From positions 10,487-74,486 of the forward strand of contig CAZCZL010000012.1 of NCBI GenBank assembly GCA_964503315.1: a stretch of 64,000 nucleotides of DNA, read 5' to 3'. Below are positions 38,953 through 47,409 of the stretch, piece by piece (within the stretch, counting starts at the first letter, position 1; the number at the start of each line of letters is the position of its first letter). The notes under the pieces were generated by a model. It saw only the letters and a program-made list of their open reading frames with translations, ran no database searches and was not told the origin of the DNA. Origin of the DNA: an uncultured Ignavibacteriales bacterium. GTDB taxonomy: Bacteria > Zixibacteria > MSB-5A5 > GN15 > FEB-12. Made by a program: the position numbers and the translations under genes.

Positions 38953-39204
38953 ATGTCACTCATTCAGATCCTGGGGACTGGCTGTCCCAAATGCAAGAAA
39001 CTTGAAGAAAACACACGCGACGCGGCCAAAGCGATCGGCCTGGAGTGTGAGATACTCAAGGTGACGGACATCAATACAATAATGCAAATGGGAGTGATGA
39101 TGACTCCTGGGTTGGTGGTGGATGGCCGAGTGATCCTGACCGGCAAGGTACCGTCGCCGACAGAACTTCAGCAAATTCTCCAACAGGCAGTCAAAGGAGA
39201 CTAG
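38953..39204 (+). CDS. small thioredoxin-fold protein (redox-active disulfide protein 2 / Thioredoxin_3-like)
   Basis: 83 aa. It begins MSLIQILGTGCPKCKKLEEN (a CxxC at the N-terminus) and contains MTPGLVVDGRVILTGKVP. The RBS ggag lies 8 nt upstream. Confidence 0.75.
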   Translation: MSLIQILGTGCPKCKKLEENTRDAAKAIGLECEILKVTDINTIMQMGVMMTPGLVVDGRVILTGKVPSPTELQQILQQAVKGD

Positions 39205-39205
39205 T

Positions 39206-39700
39206 ATGCGCGCAACTCGAACAATTGGATGGGCTTTGTCAATTGCCTTCTTGATGCTGGCGACAATTGTGGCCGGCACAGTCATCATTACTGCCGCTGA
39301 GCCTAACCAGCAGGCCGACTCTCCCAAGAATCAGGTGACGGGGGCCGATGTAGTCGGGAATAGGCTAGTGGTTACTTACTTTCACGGAAATGTTCGATGT
39401 GTCACCTGTCGGAAGCTCGAGGCTTACGCCACTGAGGTGATGGACTCAAGTTTCGCGGCAGAGCGAAAAGACAGTTCGATCGTCTATCGTGTGGTCAATT
39501 TCGATGAAGACGGGAACGAACATTTTCAGAAGGATTACGAGCTGTACAGTCAAGCCGTGATCCTGTCGTACTCGGTCGGCGGAACAGAGAAGGCCTGGAA
39601 GAACCTTGACAAGATCTGGGTGATGGTCGGCGACAAGGAAAAGTACCTGAATTATGTCAGAGACGAGATCCACGCGTTTCTGGCGGAGCAACAGAAGTAG
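39206..39700 (+). CDS. secreted/anchored thioredoxin-like CxxC protein, ArsF-family-like
   Basis: It has a signal/anchor helix, YFHGNVRCVTCRKLEAY (CxxC), and a size of about 160 aa. It resembles proteins annotated as the nitrophenyl-compound nitroreductase subunit ArsF family. The assignment is from memory of that family only. Confidence 0.45.
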   Translation: MRATRTIGWALSIAFLMLATIVAGTVIITAAEPNQQADSPKNQVTGADVVGNRLVVTYFHGNVRCVTCRKLEAYATEVMDSSFAAERKDSSIVYRVVNFDEDGNEHFQKDYELYSQAVILSYSVGGTEKAWKNLDKIWVMVGDKEKYLNYVRDEIHAFLAEQQK

Positions 39701-40384
39701 ATGGAATCTTTGGCCGCCGCGATCGGCACCGCGTTTTGGTTGGGGTTGTTGACCTCCATTTCCCCCTGTCCGTTGGCGACAAATATCGTGGCGGTCTCGT
39801 ATATCGGCAAGCGAGTTGACTCACCGCGCAGAGTCTTATTGGCGGGGCTGATATTCACGCTCGGACGACTCATCGCCTATGTTGTTCTCGCGGTGATAGT
39901 CGTCTCGAGTCTGCTGGCACTGCCGGAGGTCGCGCGTTTTCTCCAGCGCTACATGAATATCGCGCTTGGACCATTGTTGATCGTGGTGGGGTTGATCCTG
40001 TTCGGCGTCGTCAAGCTTCCTTCGATCGGAGTGACGATCGGTGAATCGATGCAACAACGCGTTGACCGTGTCGGGATCTGGGGAGCCGGCCTGCTGGGCA
40101 TGCTGTTCGCCCTGTCGTTTTGCCCCGTATCCGCGGGCCTGTTCTTCGGAAGCCTCATCCCGCTGGCCACTGAATCAGAACAGCCCATCCTGTTGTCAAT
40201 CGTGTATGGAATCGGCACCGCGTTACCGGTAGTCGCCTTTGCGTATCTGATAGCTACAGGGGCGCGTTCTCTCAATACAGTGTATCAGAAGGTAGTCAGC
40301 CTGGAGAAATGGGCAACTCGGATCACCGCCGCCATCATGATTCTGGTCGGGCTCTACTATATCTGGCAATACTGGCTGACTTAA
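39701..40384 (+). CDS. DsbD_2/CcdA-like membrane protein (ArsG-family-like transporter or thiol-disulfide electron conduit)
   Basis: The ATG abuts the previous stop (TAGATG). It has 6 helices. SPCPL lies in helix 1 and FCPVSAG in helix 4, the Cys/Pro pattern typical of DsbD_2-family proteins. Confidence 0.55.
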   Translation: MESLAAAIGTAFWLGLLTSISPCPLATNIVAVSYIGKRVDSPRRVLLAGLIFTLGRLIAYVVLAVIVVSSLLALPEVARFLQRYMNIALGPLLIVVGLILFGVVKLPSIGVTIGESMQQRVDRVGIWGAGLLGMLFALSFCPVSAGLFFGSLIPLATESEQPILLSIVYGIGTALPVVAFAYLIATGARSLNTVYQKVVSLEKWATRITAAIMILVGLYYIWQYWLT

Positions 40385-40402
40385 CTGAAATTCCGGCAGG
40401 TC

Positions 40403-42259
40403 TCAACCCGCTCCCGCCAGGAACTCCTCAATGCAGTGAGCCACGAATGGTACATGGAGAAGTTGCATGTGGGGAACATTCTCGCGGACTATCGTTGCCT
40501 CGTCGAAGTTCTTGCCGAGCACTTCCTGTTCCAGGTGAAGACGCAGTATCTCATCCAGCGGCCCCCACTCTTCCTTCAGGAAGACAAACCGGACATGGCT
40601 CACCTGTTCGACCGCCATCCGGTACCAGTCGATAAACTGCTGATTTCCGCGCTCGGCGAACGGCGCTACGATATCCGAGGCGTATCGCTTCAGCGGGGCA
40701 AGGTCCGTTCCGAATTTCTCCATAACCTGCACCTGATAGGAGCTTACCAGGAGCCAATCACTCAATTCGCGGAGAGCCTGACCGGCCACGCGCAATGACT
40801 CCAATAACTCAGCACTGGTCTCTCCTTTCAGTTTCGCGAAGATCCTGGAATTGTGGCATGTCTGGAGATTGACATTCACCCCCAGAAGGAGCAAGCCTGC
40901 GATCTCATTGCTCACCGAAGGATCGTCGCTTAGCATATGCAGGAAGTGATCTGAACCCGACGAAACGCCTACCAGGTACACTTTGTCGGCCCTTACCTTC
41001 GCGGTAACGTCGCGCATCAAAGCGCGAAGCAGAATTGACTGATCCTTCAGCGGCAAGGGAAATCGATGAGGCGAGTGCGGTCCGAATCCATACAGGGTCG
41101 GAGCGATAGCGCGGCAGGGTAGTCGGGAAATGATCTCCGCCAGAGACCGTTCGTCAAGACCCATTCCGTGCAGTGCAACTACGAGAGTGTCGGAGATCAG
41201 ACCATTGTCGAGATAGGTCATGCGGTCGCCGATCATCTGAGGGGCGCGGTAACTCAGACTACGCACGAGCTCAGCTCCCAAGGCAAACTCCCGCTGCACC
41301 GGCTGACAAGTATCCCTGCCCGCCGTCAATGGAGAGATCGATGCCGCATCGGGAAAATGAGACGCGCGAGAGGTTGCTGTCTCAAGCAGATCTTCGAGAT
41401 CGAGCCGTACATCGGTGACCGTGCTGTAGCGTCTGGCAGGGTCCTTGCGTAGACAGCGACTTACTATCCTGGTGAAGTCTGCGGGCAGATCAGTGGACTG
41501 GAGCGCTTGCAAGCGGGGTTCATCCCTAAGAATCCCCGAAGATCTTTCTGCCGTGGATGCGCCCGGAAATGGGTGTTCACCCGTTGCCAGTTCATACAGG
41601 ATTATGCCCAGAGCAAAGATATCTATGCGATGGTCTGTGGGGAGCCCGCGGAGTTGTTCCGGTGCCATGTAAGCGATCGTCCCCATAGGATATCCTGCCG
41701 CCGTCAGAAGCGAAATTGTCTGATCCTCGGACGCGCTTGTCGCTATCTCTCTGACAGCAGCCAGGCCGAAGTCCAAGAGGAAGACTCGTTCGGCTCCATC
41801 CACCATGATATTACCAGGCTTCAGATCTCGATGGATGATGCCGTGAGAGTGGGCGGACTCAAGTCCGCCGCAGATCGCTATAAGTAATTGGAAAAGTTTG
41901 AGAGAGTTGAGGCGTCGCGAGCGGGCATAAGTTCCCAGGGTCTGACCTTCCACATACTGCATGGCGAAGTACGGTCGGTCAGCGATCTCTGATACTTCAT
42001 ACACCCTGATGATATTGGGGTGGTCAAGAACGGCAAGAGTCTGCGCCTCGCGTACGAATCGCCGCCTGAATTCCTCTTCTCGACACAATGATTCCTGGAG
42101 CAGTTTGACCGCTACTGAGCGACCGAGCGATAGATCTCGTGCGAGGTAGACGTCTCCCATCCCCCCTCTGCCGAGGTGGTTGACAATTTCATAGTGGGAG
42201 AAAACTGTCCCTGGTGAAAGATCTGCCGATCCGCCGTCTGGTCGATTTACGTGTCCCAT
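40403..42259 (-). CDS. Ser/Thr protein kinase fused to a C-terminal alpha/beta-hydrolase-like domain
   Basis: Kinase motifs are GRGGMGDVYLA, AVKLL, HRDLKPGNIM, DFGLA and YMAPEQ. The C-terminal ~300 aa carry VVALHGMG, a GxSxG-type elbow (LVGVSSGSD) and a late His (VPHMQLL). The start is set at the ATG at 42259. Confidence 0.75.
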   Translation of the reverse strand: MGHVNRPDGGSADLSPGTVFSHYEIVNHLGRGGMGDVYLARDLSLGRSVAVKLLQESLCREEEFRRRFVREAQTLAVLDHPNIIRVYEVSEIADRPYFAMQYVEGQTLGTYARSRRLNSLKLFQLLIAICGGLESAHSHGIIHRDLKPGNIMVDGAERVFLLDFGLAAVREIATSASEDQTISLLTAAGYPMGTIAYMAPEQLRGLPTDHRIDIFALGIILYELATGEHPFPGASTAERSSGILRDEPRLQALQSTDLPADFTRIVSRCLRKDPARRYSTVTDVRLDLEDLLETATSRASHFPDAASISPLTAGRDTCQPVQREFALGAELVRSLSYRAPQMIGDRMTYLDNGLISDTLVVALHGMGLDERSLAEIISRLPCRAIAPTLYGFGPHSPHRFPLPLKDQSILLRALMRDVTAKVRADKVYLVGVSSGSDHFLHMLSDDPSVSNEIAGLLLLGVNVNLQTCHNSRIFAKLKGETSAELLESLRVAGQALRELSDWLLVSSYQVQVMEKFGTDLAPLKRYASDIVAPFAERGNQQFIDWYRMAVEQVSHVRFVFLKEEWGPLDEILRLHLEQEVLGKNFDEATIVRENVPHMQLLHVPFVAHCIEEFLAGAG

Positions 42260-42351
42260 ATTGGTCCATGTTACCCTTGGGGCCAATATGAGGGTGTTGG
42301 GCCGATTTGGCAAGAAACATTGGGACCGACCGCAAGGCGAGCCCAAACGCG

Positions 42352-42386
42352 AACGACCGGTAGATCTGGCTTTTCTACCGGTCGTT
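42352..42386. other. perfect 12-bp stem hairpin between the alcohol dehydrogenase and kinase genes (possible terminator)
   Basis: aacgaccggtag, an 11-nt loop, then ctaccggtcgtt. There is no strong U-tract on either strand. Confidence 0.4.
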
Positions 42387-42423
42387 TCGTCATCTGTCGG
42401 GGTCGATCGCTGGCGTCAGTCGG

Positions 42424-43473
42424 CTATTCAGCCTTGAGGGACGCCATATCTATCGAAAAGCGATACTTAACGTCTGACCTTAGCATCCGCTCGTACGCCT
42501 CGTTGATCTTCTGGATCGGGATCACCTCAACATCGGCCGTGATATTGTGCTGGCCGCAAAAATCCAGCATCTCCTGTGTTTCGGCGATGCCGCCAATGAG
42601 CGAGCCGGAGAAGCTTCGACGCTGCAGGATAAGCGGGAACGCCGCCACCGGAAGCGGTTTTTCCGGAGCGCCGACCAGCGTCAGGTTGCCATCGCGCTTC
42701 AGCAAGTTGAGATAAGCGTTCAAGTCATGATCCGCCGAGACGGTGTCGAGAATGAAATCAAAGCTGCGGGCATGTTTCTGCATCTCATCGCTGTTGCGAG
42801 AAATGACAACTTCGTCGGCACCGAGTCGGCGAGCATCTTCGGTTTTGCCGCTCGAAGTAGTAAGGACCACGACCTGAGCCCCGAAGGCATGCGCGAATTT
42901 CACGCCCATGTGACCCAGACCTCCGAGTCCGACCACGCCGACTTTCATCCCTTTGGACACCTTCCAGTGGCGCAAAGGCGAATAGGTGGTGATCCCGGCG
43001 CACAGGAGCGGCGCGGCGGCGGACAGCTCAAGATTGGATGGGACACGCAGGACAAAGTGCTCATCGACCACAATACTGTCTGAATAGCCGCCGTAGGTGA
43101 CAGCGCCGGTATGTTCATCCGGCGAGTTATAGGTCCCTTTCCAGTGAGCGCAGTATTGCTCGAGACCGGCCTGGCATTCGGGGCAGGTCCGGTCGGAACC
43201 GACCAGACAGCCAACCGCGGCGATGTCGCCAACTTTGAATTTAGTCGCATGCGAGCCAACTTTAGTAACACGACCGACAATTTCGTGTCCGGGCACGCAT
43301 GGATAGACTGTGCCGCCCCATTCGTTGCGAACCGTGTGAAGGTCGGAGTGGCAGACACCGCAAAAGAGGATCTCTATTTGGATGTCGCGGTCGGTTGGAT
43401 TGCGCCGCGGTATATTGACGCGGGCGAGATGCGAGGTGGCGCTGGCCGCGCCGTAGGCTTTGGCGTTATTCAT
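42424..43473 (-). CDS. zinc-dependent NAD(P) alcohol dehydrogenase (cinnamyl-alcohol dehydrogenase / YahK-like)
   Basis: Motifs are CGVCHSDLH, GHEIVG, a structural-zinc cluster (C..C..C..C: GCLVGSDRTCPECQAGLEQYC) and GLGGLGHMGVKFA. Confidence 0.85.
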   Translation of the reverse strand: MNNAKAYGAASATSHLARVNIPRRNPTDRDIQIEILFCGVCHSDLHTVRNEWGGTVYPCVPGHEIVGRVTKVGSHATKFKVGDIAAVGCLVGSDRTCPECQAGLEQYCAHWKGTYNSPDEHTGAVTYGGYSDSIVVDEHFVLRVPSNLELSAAAPLLCAGITTYSPLRHWKVSKGMKVGVVGLGGLGHMGVKFAHAFGAQVVVLTTSSGKTEDARRLGADEVVISRNSDEMQKHARSFDFILDTVSADHDLNAYLNLLKRDGNLTLVGAPEKPLPVAAFPLILQRRSFSGSLIGGIAETQEMLDFCGQHNITADVEVIPIQKINEAYERMLRSDVKYRFSIDMASLKAE

Positions 43474-43512
43474 TGGGTTACTCCCGGGTTGTCTATTCTT
43501 GAATTCATTTTG

Positions 43513-46500
43513 TTACCACGCGAACTTGAACACAAAATCGAATCCGCTCGCCTTGGGGTCACCCTGCAGGAGCTGCAGCGCCAGGTTGCGAGTCAGTTCA
43601 TACTCCAAAGTGACGATCACCGGTGTGACTTCGTCTTCGGACGGATTCCCTACCCCACGTTGATAGCTCATAAAGAGGTCAGTCGTCAAATACTTGCCAA
43701 GCGTGATAGTCGCACCGGCAAGGCTGGAAGAAGCATCGATCTCGACCACATCAAGCGCAAGGCTTTTCCCCAGTGTGGAAGCGAGTTGTCCAGCGAGCAC
43801 ATTGGCGGCGACTCCCTTGGCCATGTCGCCGGAACCTCCTCCAGCACCTGAGGCGGTCACTTCGTCCATACTTCGTCCGAAGACAACATATGCCAATGCA
43901 TCCCGTTCGGGGATCTCTGAACCATCGAGCGCAAACGCCACTTGCGGGGTGAACGCTTTGCCCGTGATGGTGGCGACCAGCGTGTGCTTTTCCCGCTCCG
44001 GAGAGCGGAAAACATACTGCGCTATCAAGTTAAGATCGGGATTGTACTCTGCGCCGCCGGTGAAATTGAGCGTTCCTTCCTTGATGACAAACTCTTTGCC
44101 GTACATGATGTACTTGCCGCGTACAACCGTGATCGGCCCGAACAGCTCGAAATCGTCGGGACTGTTCTTGACCATCCGGATATCGCCGGAGATCTCGATA
44201 TTCATCTCCGGGCTTTTGAGCCAGGTGTTACGGGGGATGGTTAGAGCCATCTCACCGCGCATATTGCGATAGTAATCGAAGGAGGCCATGGCGGAGACCT
44301 CAGCACTGTCAGCTGCCTGTATGGTCGAATCGCTAACAGACGCATCTGGGTAGAGCGCGGCCATCAGCAGCGGCGGGGATTCGAGAGTTCCGGAAGATTT
44401 AGCCGCCATCTCCGTTAGGAATGGTACATAGAATTTGGAGCGGTCGATCGTAACCTCACCTCCAAATCTCGGTTCGGCCGTGCTCCCCTGTAAGCTCGTA
44501 TTACCGGATATCTGGATCTCGAAATTGCTGTGACGGGCGAGGAAGATCTTGTCCGCGACCAGCGTAAAGTCTGTCGAGTGAAGCACACCGGACATGAGGG
44601 TATTCTCGAACTCAAGCTGTCCTGTCGCGCGCAGAAACCCTTTGCCGCGAGCGACCACCAGTGAATCAAGGATGATGCGATTATCGTTGAACGAAAGCGC
44701 CATCGCCAGGTTGTCATACTCCGCGCCGATCTCTTCCATGGCAAAGGACGCCTGCCCGATAGAGAGCATGCCGGCCATGTCGGGCTGGTTCCAAGTACCG
44801 CCCAGAGTGATATTCGCGTTGATAATGCCGCCATTGATCTTCATCTCCTCGGCCACACTCCCCAGCACCGCGAATGGCAGTTGATTGGCGGCCAGTTTGA
44901 TCTCCATCGGAGCATTCGGCAACAAGACATCTGAACTATCAATGAGAGAAAGATGTAATGGGAAATAACCGGTCGTAGTCAATTCACCAGTCACTCCGGG
45001 GTCGAGAAGACCGGTCCAGTTGAAACGCTCGTTGGCATATGTGTACTCCAGCGCGAGGGAATCATACGCAAATTTCTGCACCAATCCGTTGGTCAGGACA
45101 GTTCGACCGGTCAGCAAAGGTCTATCAGCGGTGCCAGTCAAATGCAGTGTGCCGGAGAGCAAGCCGCCGAGAGCGTACTCTGTCGCCATTAGTTCAGCAA
45201 TAGGCGCGACGGCGATCTTGTCGTAACCAATTCGCAGGTCCTGCGAGCCAGTCATGGAGAATCGGCCGTCAATGGCGAGTCGTTGCACGTTACCAGCGCT
45301 ATCCGGCCGGCTGGCCAAGGCGAACTGCTCGATGGCGTAGGCATCATCGAGCATCCGAACCTTAGTCTCGGCAGATCCACCCGACCAGTGCTGATTGAGA
45401 TAATCGATAGTCAGGCTCCGCACTATGGCGGTGACGATGGAATCACTCGGAATATCGATATTTCCAGAGAGAGTGAGGCCATCGGGTGTGGCGAAATGAA
45501 GTTCACTGGCAATCAACTCCTCGGAAAGCGTAGCTTGGCCGGTCAGCGAATCAATAAGGAAGCCGGACGCAATAATCTGCTCAGCGCGGAGATCGACGTT
45601 GCCAAGCACGGCCGAATCGACAAGTACGAGGTCAAATCGTGAGGTGAGTGTCTGGAGCGATGTGGTCAGATACCTTAGGTCATTTCCGTTGGTTGTTCCC
45701 TCAACTACCATTGAATCCAGCCTGCCGGTAATCTGCCCGATCAGTTCAATTCTTCCGCCGAGGCTGTCGGTTCCGGCAAAGGAGTGAAAGCGCGACAGAT
45801 CTTCGATGATGGCCCTGAAATCGATAGCTGCCCGTTCGCCATCACTGACCTCTCCCCCCGCACTCAGAGCGACCAGATCGGAATTCAGTACCAAGGTATC
45901 AATGTTGATGAGGCCCGGTGCGCAGTTGATACGAGCCTGACTTTGCGCAATGGCGACATCATAAATTCGGCTGGCGGTCATGTCGAGTGCGAGCGATGCG
46001 CTTGCCGTGCTGGTGTCAAACCCCTTGCCTTGCAGGTTTAGTCTCATATTCAGATCTGATCTTAGAGAATCATTATCGAAGAGTGGCGCGAGGTCAAGCG
46101 AACGGAGATCGGCGGCAATCGAGTACGATTCATCTCCAAGGAGATCGGCCGAAAGGGAGTCTATGACGATTGAGCCGAAATTCGACTCGATGGTTCCAAA
46201 ACCAGAGAGTTTGCCGTCGGCGAACACAAGATCGCATGATGCCGTGTCCAGGCGATGCTCCAGCACCATGCATTCGCTGAGATTTGACGTAAGCGCAACT
46301 TGCATCTTTTCGGGCGTCAGGCCGTGTCCACGGACAGCAAGCGCACCATTAATGATGTACGCGAGCAAACTATCGCCCATCCATCGCGCGACATCTACAT
46401 TTGCAAGCGAACCGTCAAGGCTGTAACCGACCGAATCACGCGTCTCTTCACTCAGCAGATAGCTGAGCGGATAGGCGGCGATATCGAGATCGACAACCTG

Positions 46501-47409
46501 CGCGCTGTCGGTTAGCGTGATGTGGCCATATAGGCTGTCTTTGACCAGATTTCCTGAAAGCGCGATCTGTGGCGTGACCGCAACTGATATCTCCGGAAAG
46601 ATGGCGGCGAATTCGGTGAAGTCGAAAGAATCGCTGGTCATGCTGCCGGAGGCGGTGACCGTGTCGGCTCCAACATAGTTGGCGGTGGCGCCGGCTCTGT
46701 TTCGCTTTGTTTCGATGGTCAGGTCGCTGATGGTGAGGATATCGTTTTTGCGTGTAGCATTAAACGCGAGTCGCTCAAGCCGCAATAATGGGTCCGACAA
46801 CTGTACCTGCAGCTCCTCGAGCGATAACCGTGAGGCTGAATCGGCGTACATGGCAGAGAAATGCAGAAGCATATCTTCGAATCGAAGCCGCAAGGTTGTA
46901 TCCAGAGCCGCGACAGAGCCAGCAGTGTTGCGAAGCGTGAAGTTGTCCAGAAGCAACGTGTAGCTGAATGGCTCTTCATCGGCGGCGGAATCGATCACCG
47001 AGGTCGTATCCGGCTTCATCAGGCCGGCAACATTCCAATTGCTGTCCGCATACTGTCGAAGCGAGAACTCGACCGAGTCGATGATTATTGAATCAACCTT
47101 GATCTGCTGGTCAAGAAGAGGCGATAGTTGGTAGCCGAGTTTCAGATGCTGGATCGTGCAGATCGTGTCCAGCTCGCGAACAAGAGATATGTCCGAGAGC
47201 TCTATCTCACCAAACAAGCTACCCGAGATATCGCCAACCGCCAGTTCGCCATTCAGCATGGCATTGACTTTGGCGACACCCATATCCAGCAAATGCCGCT
47301 TCACCCACTGCGTGCGGAGCAACAGCAGGACTATTGCCGCCAGGCAGATGATCACCAGCAGCGAGTAGGTCAGGATACGGGTCACCCGCTTGAGGAATCT
47401 GCCCATCAA
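43513..47409 (-). CDS. tamB: translocation and assembly module protein TamB (AsmA-like, DUF490 C-terminus)
   Basis: 1298 aa with an N-terminal anchor helix and a long beta-rich repetitive body. The C-terminal end is DUF490-like (LTLEYELTRNLALQ...FDFVFKFAW). The start overlaps the Omp85 gene stop by 4 nt. Confidence 0.8.
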   Translation of the reverse strand: MMGRFLKRVTRILTYSLLVIICLAAIVLLLLRTQWVKRHLLDMGVAKVNAMLNGELAVGDISGSLFGEIELSDISLVRELDTICTIQHLKLGYQLSPLLDQQIKVDSIIIDSVEFSLRQYADSNWNVAGLMKPDTTSVIDSAADEEPFSYTLLLDNFTLRNTAGSVAALDTTLRLRFEDMLLHFSAMYADSASRLSLEELQVQLSDPLLRLERLAFNATRKNDILTISDLTIETKRNRAGATANYVGADTVTASGSMTSDSFDFTEFAAIFPEISVAVTPQIALSGNLVKDSLYGHITLTDSAQVVDLDIAAYPLSYLLSEETRDSVGYSLDGSLANVDVARWMGDSLLAYIINGALAVRGHGLTPEKMQVALTSNLSECMVLEHRLDTASCDLVFADGKLSGFGTIESNFGSIVIDSLSADLLGDESYSIAADLRSLDLAPLFDNDSLRSDLNMRLNLQGKGFDTSTASASLALDMTASRIYDVAIAQSQARINCAPGLINIDTLVLNSDLVALSAGGEVSDGERAAIDFRAIIEDLSRFHSFAGTDSLGGRIELIGQITGRLDSMVVEGTTNGNDLRYLTTSLQTLTSRFDLVLVDSAVLGNVDLRAEQIIASGFLIDSLTGQATLSEELIASELHFATPDGLTLSGNIDIPSDSIVTAIVRSLTIDYLNQHWSGGSAETKVRMLDDAYAIEQFALASRPDSAGNVQRLAIDGRFSMTGSQDLRIGYDKIAVAPIAELMATEYALGGLLSGTLHLTGTADRPLLTGRTVLTNGLVQKFAYDSLALEYTYANERFNWTGLLDPGVTGELTTTGYFPLHLSLIDSSDVLLPNAPMEIKLAANQLPFAVLGSVAEEMKINGGIINANITLGGTWNQPDMAGMLSIGQASFAMEEIGAEYDNLAMALSFNDNRIILDSLVVARGKGFLRATGQLEFENTLMSGVLHSTDFTLVADKIFLARHSNFEIQISGNTSLQGSTAEPRFGGEVTIDRSKFYVPFLTEMAAKSSGTLESPPLLMAALYPDASVSDSTIQAADSAEVSAMASFDYYRNMRGEMALTIPRNTWLKSPEMNIEISGDIRMVKNSPDDFELFGPITVVRGKYIMYGKEFVIKEGTLNFTGGAEYNPDLNLIAQYVFRSPEREKHTLVATITGKAFTPQVAFALDGSEIPERDALAYVVFGRSMDEVTASGAGGGSGDMAKGVAANVLAGQLASTLGKSLALDVVEIDASSSLAGATITLGKYLTTDLFMSYQRGVGNPSEDEVTPVIVTLEYELTRNLALQLLQGDPKASGFDFVFKFAW

